Positions 8,603 through 17,734 of a stretch of DNA of 64,000 bases are shown here, piece after piece. Positions within the stretch are counted from its first letter, which is position 1; every line of letters starts with the position of its first letter. The notes under the pieces are model-generated. The model was not told the DNA's origin and did not search any database. It saw only the letters and a list, made by a program, of their open reading frames with translations. The position numbers and the translations under genes are program-made. The DNA is from Hyphomicrobium sp. (GTDB taxonomy: Bacteria; Pseudomonadota; Alphaproteobacteria; Rhizobiales; Hyphomicrobiaceae), in the NCBI GenBank assembly GCA_002928955.1, contig PERT01000004.1:18902-82901 (forward strand), read 5' to 3'.

Positions 8603-9520
8603 ATGACACCCGCCAGCCCTTTGCGCGACCTTCAATTCCGCCTGGAGTACATTGTACTGAGGCTGGTGGTGGGCGCCGTCCGCGCGCTTCCGCTCGACGT
8701 GGCGACGGCCGGCTCGGCGTGGTGCTGGCGCGTGCTGGCGCCGCTGGTCAGCGCGAAGAGACATGCGCGCGCCTTGAGCAATCTCAGGATCGCGTTTCCC
8801 GAAAAGACCGACGCGGAGCGGATCGCCATAGCGCGCGCGCACTGGGAAAATCTGGGCCGCGTAATGGCTGAAACCATGCAGCTCGATCGCATCATCCGCG
8901 AGCCGGATCGAATCAAGATCGTCAACGCCGAGGTGTTCGCGCGCTATCGCAACAAACTCGGACCGGCGGTCGGCGTCTCGCTCCACATGGGTAATTATGA
9001 GCTGGCGATCTGGCCGCTGACGCTGGCGGGGGCGAACCCGGCGGCGGTCTATCGTTCGGTCAACAACCCCTACGTCGACCAGTTTCTCCGGGACCAGAGG
9101 AAGGATCTCTATCCAGGGGGGTTGTTCGGCCGCGGCAAGGTCGAGGGCGACCACGGCGAGACGCAGAAAACCGCCCGTCTGATTACCGACTATGTCCGCA
9201 AGGGCGGGCGGCTCGGCATCGTGTGCGACCTGTTCGACCACACCGGGATCCCGGTGCCGTTTTTCGGAAAACCTGCCAAAACACAGGCTATTGCCGCCAT
9301 GATCGCCCGCCGCCTGGGTGCTCGTATCTGGATGGCGCGCTGCATCCGAAAAGGAACCGCAACCCAATTCGAGATCGAGTTGATAGAGTTGCGGGTGCCG
9401 CGAACGGCGAACCAGTCGGACGACGTGAAGACCGTGATGACCGAGATGCAGGCCCAGTTCGAGGCCTGGGTGCGTGAGCATCCGGAGCAATGGATGTGGA
9501 GCAATCGGCGGTGGAGCTGA
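8603..9520 (+). CDS. lipid A biosynthesis lauroyl/myristoyl (LpxL/HtrB-type) acyltransferase
   Basis: Hx4(D/E) catalytic motif (SLHMGNYE) and the typical C-terminus (EHPEQWMWSNRRW) of the LpxL/MsbB family; about 305 aa. Confidence 0.8.
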   Translation: MTPASPLRDLQFRLEYIVLRLVVGAVRALPLDVATAGSAWCWRVLAPLVSAKRHARALSNLRIAFPEKTDAERIAIARAHWENLGRVMAETMQLDRIIREPDRIKIVNAEVFARYRNKLGPAVGVSLHMGNYELAIWPLTLAGANPAAVYRSVNNPYVDQFLRDQRKDLYPGGLFGRGKVEGDHGETQKTARLITDYVRKGGRLGIVCDLFDHTGIPVPFFGKPAKTQAIAAMIARRLGARIWMARCIRKGTATQFEIELIELRVPRTANQSDDVKTVMTEMQAQFEAWVREHPEQWMWSNRRWS

Positions 9521-9765
9521 CGGCACAGTCGCGCGCGGAAATTGTTCCATACTCCTTTTTAACACGTCGTGGTTGCACTCATCACGGTTGCGCACGTCAT
9601 GCCGATAGCGACATGAAGCAACCAGGTGCGCAATGAGCGTGCAAGCTCCGACCGAAGCCGTCCATCGCAATGATTTGAATGGGTGATTTCACATGTGGGT
9701 TCGACAGCCGGTCATCAGCGTTGTACGACACCCTTCATGTTGCACTGCATTAATCAGGGCGTGAC

Positions 9766-11205
9766 TTGATTGAATGCCGAAACTCTATTCACGCCGAACA
9801 CCGGAGCATCGAAATCGTGGACACAGCGTCAGGTGCGGCATTGTTACCGCCACTCGACAAACCGTCGCGACCATCCCGCATCGCTCCTGCCGAACTCGAG
9901 GCGCTGAAGCTCAGGGACAATTCGACCAATTGGTCCTATCTGGCGTTCAACTGGCTGGTCATTGCAACCACGCTGGCCGGTGCGCTATGGGCGGAGCAGG
10001 CCATCTTGGCCGGCGGATACAGCGGGTGGATCATCGCCCCGGTGGCCATCGTGACCATCGTCGTGATGGGCGCCTCGCAACACCAGCTCGGCGGCGCAAT
10101 CCACGAGGGGACGCACTATCAGCTGTTCGCCAACCGCACGCTGAACGAGGCGGCGTCCGATTGGCTGGCCGGCTTCCCGATCTATACATCGACCCACCAT
10201 TACCGGCTGCACCACCTACCCCACCACCAGTTCGTCAATGATCCCGAGCGCGACCCGATCTTTGCGCAGGCCGAGGAAAGTGGCCATTGGCTCGACTTCC
10301 CCCTGACGCACGTCGAACTCGTCAAGGGGCTCATGCGACTGCTCTGGGTCCCCAATCTCGTGCGCTACACCATCGCGAGGGCTCGCTATAGCGCTCTCGG
10401 ACTCGGCAAGAACCCCTATGGCAATCCCGACAAGACCGGCCATCCGACCGTGCAGGCGCTCGGCATCTTGTTCGCCATCGTACTGCCCGCGGTGCTGATC
10501 GGCATGCTGCTCGCCGAACTGAGCGCAGCCGTCGTGATGGGCGTGTTCTTCGTGATCTGGGCGGCGGCGGCGGTGTTCTACGCAACGATCCCTGAGGACT
10601 GGTTCCCGCAGGGCCGGGTCGCGCCGGTGCTGTCGCATCGCGTGGGCGCCATCTCGCGCATCTCGTTCATGGCCGTTGTCTACGGCACGCTGACGGCCAT
10701 CGACCTTGGTGGCTACGGCAAGGCTTGGATGTACTACGGTCTCTACTGGATCGTGCCGCTGTTCACGACGTTCCCCGTTTTCATGATCCTGCGCGAATGG
10801 CTGCAGCACGGCAATGCCGACCGCGGCCGCTACACCAACACGCGTGTGTTCCTGACCGGACCGCTGTTCCGCTATGCCGTGATGCCGTGGGGCATGGACT
10901 ACCACCTGCCGCACCATCTGATGGCGTCGGTGCCGCACTACCGCTTGAAAGAGCTGCACAGGCTGTTGCAGCGTGACCCCGAGTACGCGGCCAAGGCCGT
11001 GGTGGTGGAAGGGCTTTATGGTGCGGCCAATCCCGCTACCGGCCGGCCGACCACGTTCGGAACGCTGCTGGTCGACCATGCCCCGAAGACGCGGGAAGCG
11101 GTGCATGTCGACGACGACGTGCTCGAACGCGCCGACGTGGCGGATGGCGCCACCATCGCTCAGCTGTCGCGGCTGTCGAGCCGGGCCGAGGACGGGCCCC
11201 ACTGA
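9766..11205 (+). CDS. membrane fatty-acid desaturase family protein
   Basis: Three histidine boxes (HEGTH; HHYRLHHLPHH; HLPHH) and several hydrophobic segments. The start is uncertain (TTG at 9766 in the ORF track). Confidence 0.75.
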   Translation: MIECRNSIHAEHRSIEIVDTASGAALLPPLDKPSRPSRIAPAELEALKLRDNSTNWSYLAFNWLVIATTLAGALWAEQAILAGGYSGWIIAPVAIVTIVVMGASQHQLGGAIHEGTHYQLFANRTLNEAASDWLAGFPIYTSTHHYRLHHLPHHQFVNDPERDPIFAQAEESGHWLDFPLTHVELVKGLMRLLWVPNLVRYTIARARYSALGLGKNPYGNPDKTGHPTVQALGILFAIVLPAVLIGMLLAELSAAVVMGVFFVIWAAAAVFYATIPEDWFPQGRVAPVLSHRVGAISRISFMAVVYGTLTAIDLGGYGKAWMYYGLYWIVPLFTTFPVFMILREWLQHGNADRGRYTNTRVFLTGPLFRYAVMPWGMDYHLPHHLMASVPHYRLKELHRLLQRDPEYAAKAVVVEGLYGAANPATGRPTTFGTLLVDHAPKTREAVHVDDDVLERADVADGATIAQLSRLSSRAEDGPH

Positions 11206-11400
11206 AGCCGGGCGATGACCCTGCCCGTCACTTGGCCCGATACATGTTCCTGAGCCCGAGCCCTCGCAGGACTCCTGTGCATCGCCGCGCGGACGGGGAG
11301 CGGCCGGCGCGATTTAAACTATTGAATTGATATCATAATAGCGTTCCGCGCCGGGTAGGGGAGGTTTCGGCTGGCGCCATATGCGAAGCTAGCCCCCAAA

Positions 11401-11469
11401 CGTCGTGCTGAAAGCACGCTTCACGTCGTGCTGAAGGCACGCTTCACGTCGTGCCGAAAGCTCGTCTCA
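11401..11469. repeat. 23-bp tandem repeat x3 (cgtcgtgctgaaagcacgcttca; third unit diverged)
   Basis: Direct reading: units at 11401-11423, 11424-11446 and 11447-11469. Each unit contains the small palindrome cgtgc-tgaaa-gcacg. Confidence 0.9.
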
Positions 11470-11495
11470 CGGCATGACCGCCTCGCGCTCACAAA

Positions 11496-11552
11496 TCGAC
11501 CGGACAGCCGTGAGCATGTCTTCGACCGGACAGCCGTGAGCATGTCTTCGAC
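11496..11552. repeat. 26-bp perfect tandem repeat x2 plus a partial third unit (tcgaccggacagccgtgagcatgtct)
   Basis: Direct reading: 11496-11521 and 11522-11547 are identical, and 11548-11552 begins a third unit. Confidence 0.9.
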
Positions 11553-11778
11553 ATGACGCGGGTATGACGGTGGGCGGGGCATGTGACGAGGCCGCGGCCA
11601 GATTGTTGACAGGTTGGGCACCCGGCTTATGGTGCGGCGCGGAATTGCGGGCACGGCACCGATGAGGGCCGCTCTCGTTCCGCGGCCATGAGAATAAAGC
11701 CGAGCCGAACCGCCGGCGCTCTGCGTCGATCAGAATCGAGCCCATCAGGACAAGACTCACCAGGACACCCGCGCGCCC

Positions 11779-12834
11779 ATGACCACCACCCGCACGCCCA
11801 CCAAACATTTCGCTCCATTGGCCATCGGCGCGCCGGAGCCCTATCGCGCCCTGCCTGTACGGCTCGAACGCATGATCCACTTCATCCCGCCGCATAACGA
11901 GAAGATCCGCGCGAAGCTCAAGGACACCATCAAGACCGTTGACGTGGTGCTCGGCAATCTCGAGGACGCCATCGCCGTGGGCGAGAAGGAGGAGGCGCGC
12001 GCCGGCTTCATCTCCATGGCGCGCGAGTTCGATTTCGGCCAGACGGGGCTGTGGACGCGCATCAACTGCCTGAACAGCCCGTGGGCGCTGGACGATGTAA
12101 CCGAGATCGTGGCGGCCGCGGGCGACAAGCTCGACGTCATCATGCTGCCGAAAGTGGAAGGACCGTGGGACATCCACTATCTCGACCAGCTGCTGGCCCA
12201 GCTCGAAGCGCGGAACAAGGTTCAGAAGCCGATCCTGATCCACGCCATTCTCGAGACGGCGGAAGGCGTGAAAAACGTCGAGGCCATCGCCGCCGCATCG
12301 CCCCGCATGCACGGCATGAGCCTCGGTCCCGCGGATCTCGCTGCCTCGCGCGGCATGAAGACGACGCGGGTCGGCGGCGGGCATCCGGACTACGGCGTGC
12401 TGGCGGATGCGGGGGCTCACAAGTCCGCGCCGCGCGCCTTCTTCCAGCAGGACCTCTGGCACTACACCGTCGGCAAGATGGTGGACGCGTGCCTGAGTTA
12501 TGGGCTGAAACCGTTCTATGGCCCCTTCGGCGATTTCTCGGACAGTGCCGCGTGCGAGGCGCAGTTCCGCAACGCGTTTCTGCAGGGCTGCCTCGGCGCA
12601 TGGTCGCTGCACCCGTCGCAAATCGACATCGCCAAGCGCGTGTTCTCGCCGGACGTGGCCGAGGTGGCCTTCGCCAAGCGCATCCTCAACGCGATGCCCG
12701 ATGGCACGGGTGCCGTGATGCTCGACGGCAAGATGCAGGACGATGCGACCTGGAAGCAAGCCAAGGTGATCGTGGATCTCGCGAAGATCGTGGCCAGCAA
12801 GGATGCCGAGCGCGGTGCCGCCTACGGGTTGTAG
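11779..12834 (+). CDS. HpcH/HpaI/CitE-family CoA-ester lyase, malyl-CoA lyase-like
   Basis: The motifs [36 protein letters not shown]...EV..A..IL.AM....GAV.LDG match my memory of L-malyl-CoA/beta-methylmalyl-CoA lyase (MclA-type) sequences. The longer antisense ORF 11467..12987 has no recognisable motifs. Confidence 0.8.
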   Translation: MTTTRTPTKHFAPLAIGAPEPYRALPVRLERMIHFIPPHNEKIRAKLKDTIKTVDVVLGNLEDAIAVGEKEEARAGFISMAREFDFGQTGLWTRINCLNSPWALDDVTEIVAAAGDKLDVIMLPKVEGPWDIHYLDQLLAQLEARNKVQKPILIHAILETAEGVKNVEAIAAASPRMHGMSLGPADLAASRGMKTTRVGGGHPDYGVLADAGAHKSAPRAFFQQDLWHYTVGKMVDACLSYGLKPFYGPFGDFSDSAACEAQFRNAFLQGCLGAWSLHPSQIDIAKRVFSPDVAEVAFAKRILNAMPDGTGAVMLDGKMQDDATWKQAKVIVDLAKIVASKDAERGAAYGL

Positions 12835-13030
12835 GACAGAGCATCCATCATGGCATTCCGTGAGGAGGTGGCTGAGTGACGCGGACTTCGGTGGACGGCT
12901 CGCAATTCCACAACCGTTGAGTGGAGGCAAGGTTTTAATTGCGCCTCCGGATGCCCACCAGCATCCCGCGCGGTGACCAGGAACCACTGGCCGTCCTGCC
13001 GGTGGCTCCTATCTATACCAGGGGCGGCAC

Positions 13031-16000
13031 TTATGCGGCCACGTCGACGCCGACGCCTTCGAGGCGGTCTTCGAGGTCCATGGTGGCTTGACGCAGTGCC
13101 TCCAGCGTCGCGGCATCCGGCGTCCAATAGTGCCGCTCATGGGCTTCGAGCAGGCGGTTGGCGACCTTCGCCGACGCGGTTGGATTAAGCGCGGCCATCC
13201 GCTCACGCATTTCGGGATCGAGGACGAATGTCTCGGTGATGCGCTGGTAGACCCAGGAATCGACTGCGCTCGTCGTTGCCGACCACCCCATGGTGTTGCG
13301 CACGTGCTCTTCGATCTGGCGCACGCCTTCGTACCCGTGGCTCAACATACCTTCGTACCACTTCGGATTGAGCATGCGGGTGCGGGTTTCGAGTGCCACC
13401 TGTTCGCCCAGGGTGCGCACCACGCCCTCGCCGCGGGTCTGGTCGCTGATGTAGACGGGCGCGGACACGCCGCCCTTGGCACGCCGTGAAGCCCGGCTGA
13501 TGCCACCCAGCGTATCGAAGTAGTGGTCGACCGTTGTGACGCCGAGCTCAACCGAGTCGAGGTTCTGATAGGCGAGATCGACTCGAGCCAGAACGTTGGT
13601 CAGCAGTGCTGCCTGCTGCGTCGGCTGGCCCGACCGTCCATACGCGAAGCTTTTGCGGCGGGCGTAGGTCTCCGCCAATTCGTCCTCGTCCTCCCAACGG
13701 CTGTTTTCGATCAGATGGTTGACATTCGACCCGTAGGCGCCCTCGGCATTGCCAAACACGCGCAGCGCAGCCGTCTCGAGATCGCAGCCGATGTCCTGTT
13801 GAACGGCGAGCACGTGCTTGCGCACAAAATTCCTCTCGACCGGTTCATCGACCGACGCCGCGAGGAAGGCGGCTTCTGCAAGCAACTTGACCTGTAGCGG
13901 CAGAAGATCCCGGAATATGCCCGACAGCGTCATGATCACATCGACACGCGGCCGGCCAAGCACTTCGAGCGGAATAAGTGTCGCACCGGTCAACCGGCCG
14001 TAGCCGTCGAAGCGGGGTTTGGCGCCCATCAGGGCGAGCGCCTGCGCGATCGGAGCGCCCTCGTTCTTGAGGTTGTCGGTGCCCCATAGCACGATCGCGA
14101 CGGTTTCCGGCAAGGAGTGCCCGCCGGCCATGTGCCGCTGCAGCAAACGCTCGGCCTGTCGTGCACCGTCGTTGACGGCAAACGCGCTCGGTATCCGGAA
14201 CGGGTCGAAGCCATGCAGATTGCGGCCGGTGGGTAGAACCGCCGGCGTTCGCAGGATATCGCCGCCCGGCGCCGGACGCAGGAAGCGGCCTTCAAGTGCC
14301 CGCAGAATGGCTGGCAGTTCATGATCGTCCTTCAGCCAGCGGTCCGAGGCGGCGAGGTTTCGAAGCACATCCAAGTCCGTCGCCCCGCGCGCCTCCGCAT
14401 CCTGCTGCGCGGCCGCTTCGGGTGAGGCGCCCGCGACCAGCGCCTCCACCGCAGCGCGGTCGGGCCGTGCACCATGGGCAGCATCCGCCACAGCCAACAG
14501 CATGTCGACGCGCTGGACCTGGCTCAACGCTTCGCCGACCACGTGCAGGCCGTGAGGAATGAGCGTGTATTCGAGGGCCAGCACTTGGTCGGCGAGACGA
14601 GAAATGACGGCCGCCGCTTCGTCCTCGGCCCATCGCGGTTCCGCGCTGGCCAAATCCACCGCGGTGGCTTGCGCCTGAATCAGCGCCGCAAGTTCGAATC
14701 GCTCTGAGGCCAAATCGGGATCGAGCCCCCGCCAGCGGTCGATCGACGACTTGAGATCAAGAAGCCCGCGATAAAGCCCGGCGTGGGCAATCGGCGGCGT
14801 CAGGTAGCTGATCAGCGTGGCTGACGCACGGCGTTTGGCAATCGCGCCTTCGGACGGGTTGTTGGCCGCATAGAGATAGAGGTTGGGCAGATCGCCGATC
14901 AGCCTGTCGGGCCAGTCCCGTGCCGACAAGCCGGACTGCTTGCCGGGCATGAACTCAAGCGCACCGTGGGTACCGAAATGGAGAACAGCGTTGGCGCCGA
15001 AATCCTCTCTCAGCCAGCGGTAGAAGGCCGAGAAGGCATGGGTGGGGGCAAACCCCTTCTCGAACAACAACCGCATCGGATCGCCTTCGTAGCCGAAGGC
15101 CGGCTGCACGCCGACGAAAACGTTGCCGAATTGCACGCCGAGCACGAAAATAGAACTGCCGTCACTCTGCTGCTTGCCGGGTGCGGGACCCCACTGGGCT
15201 TCGATCTCGCCGAGCCAGCGCTCGCGCCGGACGTGATCGTCGACCGGAATTCGGCAATGGACGTTGGCCGGCGCGCCGAACCGCTCGCGATTTCCATTGG
15301 TGATGCGTTCGCGAAGGTCGTGCGCAGAGGCTGGCACATCCACCGTGTAGCCGTCGGCCTTCAATGACTTGAGGGTCCGGTGCAGAGATTCGAACACTGA
15401 CAGGTAGGCGGCGGTGCCGGTGTTTCCAGCGTTCGGTGGAAAGTTGAAAATGACGACTGCAACCTTGCGATCCTTGACCGCCGCCCGCCGCAACGCAACC
15501 AACTTGTCGACGCGCGCGGCCAGCATCTCGGCGCGTTCGACGCACGAATGCATGTCGCGCTCGTGCTGCCCTTGCGCGAACGTGCAGCGGCGGTGACACC
15601 CCGTGCAGGCCACGCCCGCGGAATCGGACCGGCCGCCGAACACGATCGGACCGGTCGCGCCATCGAGTTCCGGGATGGCAACCATGATGGTCGATTCGAC
15701 TGGCAGCAGCCCGCGTTCGGACGCACCCCACTGTTCGAGCGTCTGCAATTCCGCCGGGTGCGCCGCAATGTATGGGACGTCGAGCTTGGCCAGGATCTCC
15801 TGGGCGGCGTTGGCGTCATTGTATGCCGGCCCGCCGACGAGCGAAAAACCGGTGAGGGAAACCAGCGCGTCGATGGCGGGACGGCCGCCCTTGAAAAAGA
15901 ATTTGTCGATTGCCGGGCGCGAATCGAGACCGCTGGCGAAAGCCGGAATGACGTTGAGGCCGCGCGCTTCCAAAGCAGCGATGACGCCGTCATAGTGCGC

Positions 16001-16870
16001 GGCATTGCCCGCAAGCATGTACGACCGGAGACCAAGCACGCCGACTGTGCCACGGCTAGGCCTTGCCGGCAGCCGATCGACGCTCGCCGAGATACGATTT
16101 TCCATGTGCGGATGGTAAACGCCGACGTCAGGATATTCGATCGGGGCGGAGGCTCGCGTCGTCCCGCGCATGTCGCGACGGTTGCCGCTCGCATACTTGT
16201 CGATCAACATCCGAACCAGATTGCCGACGTTGTCGTCGGAGCCCGCCAGCCAGTACTGCATGGCCAGAAAGTAGGCGCGCACGTCTTGGGCGGTGCCAGG
16301 GATGAACTTCAGGATCTGCGGCAGCCGCTTCAGCATCTTCATCTGCTGGGCACCGGCGCTGGCATTGCGCTCCTTGCCATTGCCGCGCAGCCGCTTCAAC
16401 AGCGCCATAGCCGGACTTTCCGGACCCTGCATGTCGAATTGTCCGAGCTTGGTCAGCTTGGTGACCGGGGCCGCGGACATAAGGCTGACGAGTGCATCAC
16501 AGGATGAGCGACGGGCCTGAAGATCGGGAAGGATGGCCTGGAAGTGATCCTCAAGGAACAGCATCGATGCGATGATGATGTCGCCCTCAGCGATATCGTG
16601 ACGGCAGCGTGCCAGCGCCCGCGGGTTATCCGACCATTCCGTGGCGGCATGCAGAGTCAGAACCAGGCCTGGAATATCCTTCAGGAGTTCCTTGCGGGCT
16701 CGCTCCGCGGCGCTGGCAAGATGAGTGTCCATCGTGACGATGACCACTCTTACGGGAACGTCCGTCTTGCGCCCAGTCGACATGTCGCGTGGCTCCACTT
16801 CAGCCGATTCGAGTTCGGAAATGCGACGCTCGAGTGAGCCCATGGTCGTATCGACGCACCAGCCCTGCAT
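13031..16870 (-). CDS. bchH: CobN/Mg-chelatase family large subunit, BchH/ChlH (magnesium chelatase H)-like
   Basis: 1279-aa ORF. The N-terminal pattern (RVVIVTMDTHLASA...HAA.EW..NP.AL..C...I..GDIII.SMLF.EDH....LP.L.ARR...GTAQDVRAYFL..QYWLAGSD.N) fits BchH rather than CobN as I remember them. The exact start is uncertain (ATG at 16870, 16843 or 16783). No bchI/bchD or cob genes are in the window. Confidence 0.8.
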   Translation of the reverse strand: MQGWCVDTTMGSLERRISELESAEVEPRDMSTGRKTDVPVRVVIVTMDTHLASAAERARKELLKDIPGLVLTLHAATEWSDNPRALARCRHDIAEGDIIIASMLFLEDHFQAILPDLQARRSSCDALVSLMSAAPVTKLTKLGQFDMQGPESPAMALLKRLRGNGKERNASAGAQQMKMLKRLPQILKFIPGTAQDVRAYFLAMQYWLAGSDDNVGNLVRMLIDKYASGNRRDMRGTTRASAPIEYPDVGVYHPHMENRISASVDRLPARPSRGTVGVLGLRSYMLAGNAAHYDGVIAALEARGLNVIPAFASGLDSRPAIDKFFFKGGRPAIDALVSLTGFSLVGGPAYNDANAAQEILAKLDVPYIAAHPAELQTLEQWGASERGLLPVESTIMVAIPELDGATGPIVFGGRSDSAGVACTGCHRRCTFAQGQHERDMHSCVERAEMLAARVDKLVALRRAAVKDRKVAVVIFNFPPNAGNTGTAAYLSVFESLHRTLKSLKADGYTVDVPASAHDLRERITNGNRERFGAPANVHCRIPVDDHVRRERWLGEIEAQWGPAPGKQQSDGSSIFVLGVQFGNVFVGVQPAFGYEGDPMRLLFEKGFAPTHAFSAFYRWLREDFGANAVLHFGTHGALEFMPGKQSGLSARDWPDRLIGDLPNLYLYAANNPSEGAIAKRRASATLISYLTPPIAHAGLYRGLLDLKSSIDRWRGLDPDLASERFELAALIQAQATAVDLASAEPRWAEDEAAAVISRLADQVLALEYTLIPHGLHVVGEALSQVQRVDMLLAVADAAHGARPDRAAVEALVAGASPEAAAQQDAEARGATDLDVLRNLAASDRWLKDDHELPAILRALEGRFLRPAPGGDILRTPAVLPTGRNLHGFDPFRIPSAFAVNDGARQAERLLQRHMAGGHSLPETVAIVLWGTDNLKNEGAPIAQALALMGAKPRFDGYGRLTGATLIPLEVLGRPRVDVIMTLSGIFRDLLPLQVKLLAEAAFLAASVDEPVERNFVRKHVLAVQQDIGCDLETAALRVFGNAEGAYGSNVNHLIENSRWEDEDELAETYARRKSFAYGRSGQPTQQAALLTNVLARVDLAYQNLDSVELGVTTVDHYFDTLGGISRASRRAKGGVSAPVYISDQTRGEGVVRTLGEQVALETRTRMLNPKWYEGMLSHGYEGVRQIEEHVRNTMGWSATTSAVDSWVYQRITETFVLDPEMRERMAALNPTASAKVANRLLEAHERHYWTPDAATLEALRQATMDLEDRLEGVGVDVAA

Positions 16871-16881
16871 CGGATTAAAGT

Positions 16882-16903
16882 GTCAAGCTGGCTTGACGTC
16901 AAG
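16882..16903. promoter_or_regulatory. nested palindromes GTCAAGC-TG-GCTTGAC and CTTGACGTCAAG (candidate operator) in the bchH-like/chrR-like divergent region
   Basis: Direct reading: gtcaag at 16882-16887, cttgac at 16892-16897, gtcaag at 16898-16903. This forms a perfect 12-bp palindrome overlapping a 7+2+7 palindrome. The binding protein is unknown. Confidence 0.4.
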
Positions 16904-17063
16904 TCTTGTTTGCACTTTTGCCGTGAAGGCTGTGATCTAGTTTGACGGTGCACGCGTTTGGACTTTGCTTGTTTGCGCTGGAAAGCGTGCCGTCCTTAAT
17001 CGACGTGCGCTTCACAGCGGGGCAACCATCCGTTCCGATCGATATTCTGAGCCGGTCAAAGCC

Positions 17064-17645
17064 ATGAAACCACAGCATCATCTTGATGTTGCAACACTGA
17101 TGAGCTGCGCCGCGGGAAGCCAGCCAGAGGCCTTGGCTTTTATCGTCGCGTCGCATCTGGCGGTGTGTCCGCAATGCCGCGCCGACCTCGGCCAGGCATC
17201 GCTGATCGGTTCGTCCCTGTTCGAAGATTTGCCGTCCTCGGGATTGGGCGACGCCCGCCTCGTGGATGTGGCGTGGTTATCGTCGCGCCGAGACCGCAGT
17301 GACGATGTGCACCAGACTGAGAGTGGCCGGGCGGATCCGAGCTTTGTGCTGGCCGAACAAAGGGGGGTCCACTGGATGGAGCGGGATCCGGGCGTCAACG
17401 AGGCGGACATCCAGCTATCGCCGAGCGCACGAGGACACCTGCGACTCGTCAGGCTGGCCCCAAGCGTGCCCATCCCCCAGCGGCTGCGGGATGTCGCCGA
17501 ATTGACCTTCGTCGTCAGCGGCGGATTGATCAACACCGATCAGAAATTGCAGGCGGGCGACGTGCTCGACGGCGTGGTTGCGCACCAAGCCGCTCTCACC
17601 GCGGACGCGACCCACGGGTGCGTCTGCCTGATGGGGAAGTACTGA
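17064..17645 (+). CDS. chrR: ChrR-type anti-sigma factor (zinc-binding anti-sigma domain + C-terminal cupin)
   Basis: The N-terminus MKPQHHLDVATLMSCAAGSQPEALAFIVASHLAVCPQCRADL closely follows the Rhodobacter sphaeroides ChrR pattern, including the H-x3-C-x2-C ZAS motif. ATG at 17064 is chosen within ORF 16965..17645. No ECF sigma gene is adjacent. Confidence 0.8.
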   Translation: MKPQHHLDVATLMSCAAGSQPEALAFIVASHLAVCPQCRADLGQASLIGSSLFEDLPSSGLGDARLVDVAWLSSRRDRSDDVHQTESGRADPSFVLAEQRGVHWMERDPGVNEADIQLSPSARGHLRLVRLAPSVPIPQRLRDVAELTFVVSGGLINTDQKLQAGDVLDGVVAHQAALTADATHGCVCLMGKY

Positions 17646-17734
17646 CCCCCCTTTCAGTTCCGGGCTTTCATTCCCGCCCGCTCACGGCTGGCGAGATCTG
17701 GCGCGGTCTAGCGGACCAACGCTTCCAACACCGT

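Noticed and set aside
8396-9670. 424-aa minus-strand ORF overlapping the LpxL-like gene
   Set aside because: An antisense shadow ORF. The plus-strand frame carries the Hx4E acyltransferase motif and the family C-terminus.
11467-12987. 506-aa minus-strand ORF, longer than the plus-strand gene it overlaps
   Set aside because: It lies antisense to a plus-strand ORF with clear CitE/malyl-CoA-lyase motifs. Its own translation is Arg/Gly/His-rich with no motifs. Long antisense ORFs are expected in GC-rich coding DNA.
12835-13030. Hairpin ggaggc...gcctcc between the convergent lyase-like and bchH-like genes as a bidirectional terminator
   Set aside because: It has a 6-bp stem, a 14-nt loop and no flanking T tract on either strand. 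This is too weak to annotate.
16871-17063. Cobalamin riboswitch upstream of the CobN/BchH-family gene
   Set aside because: No B12-box-like core or the expected multi-stem architecture is visible on the minus strand. The region is better described by the palindromes reported above.
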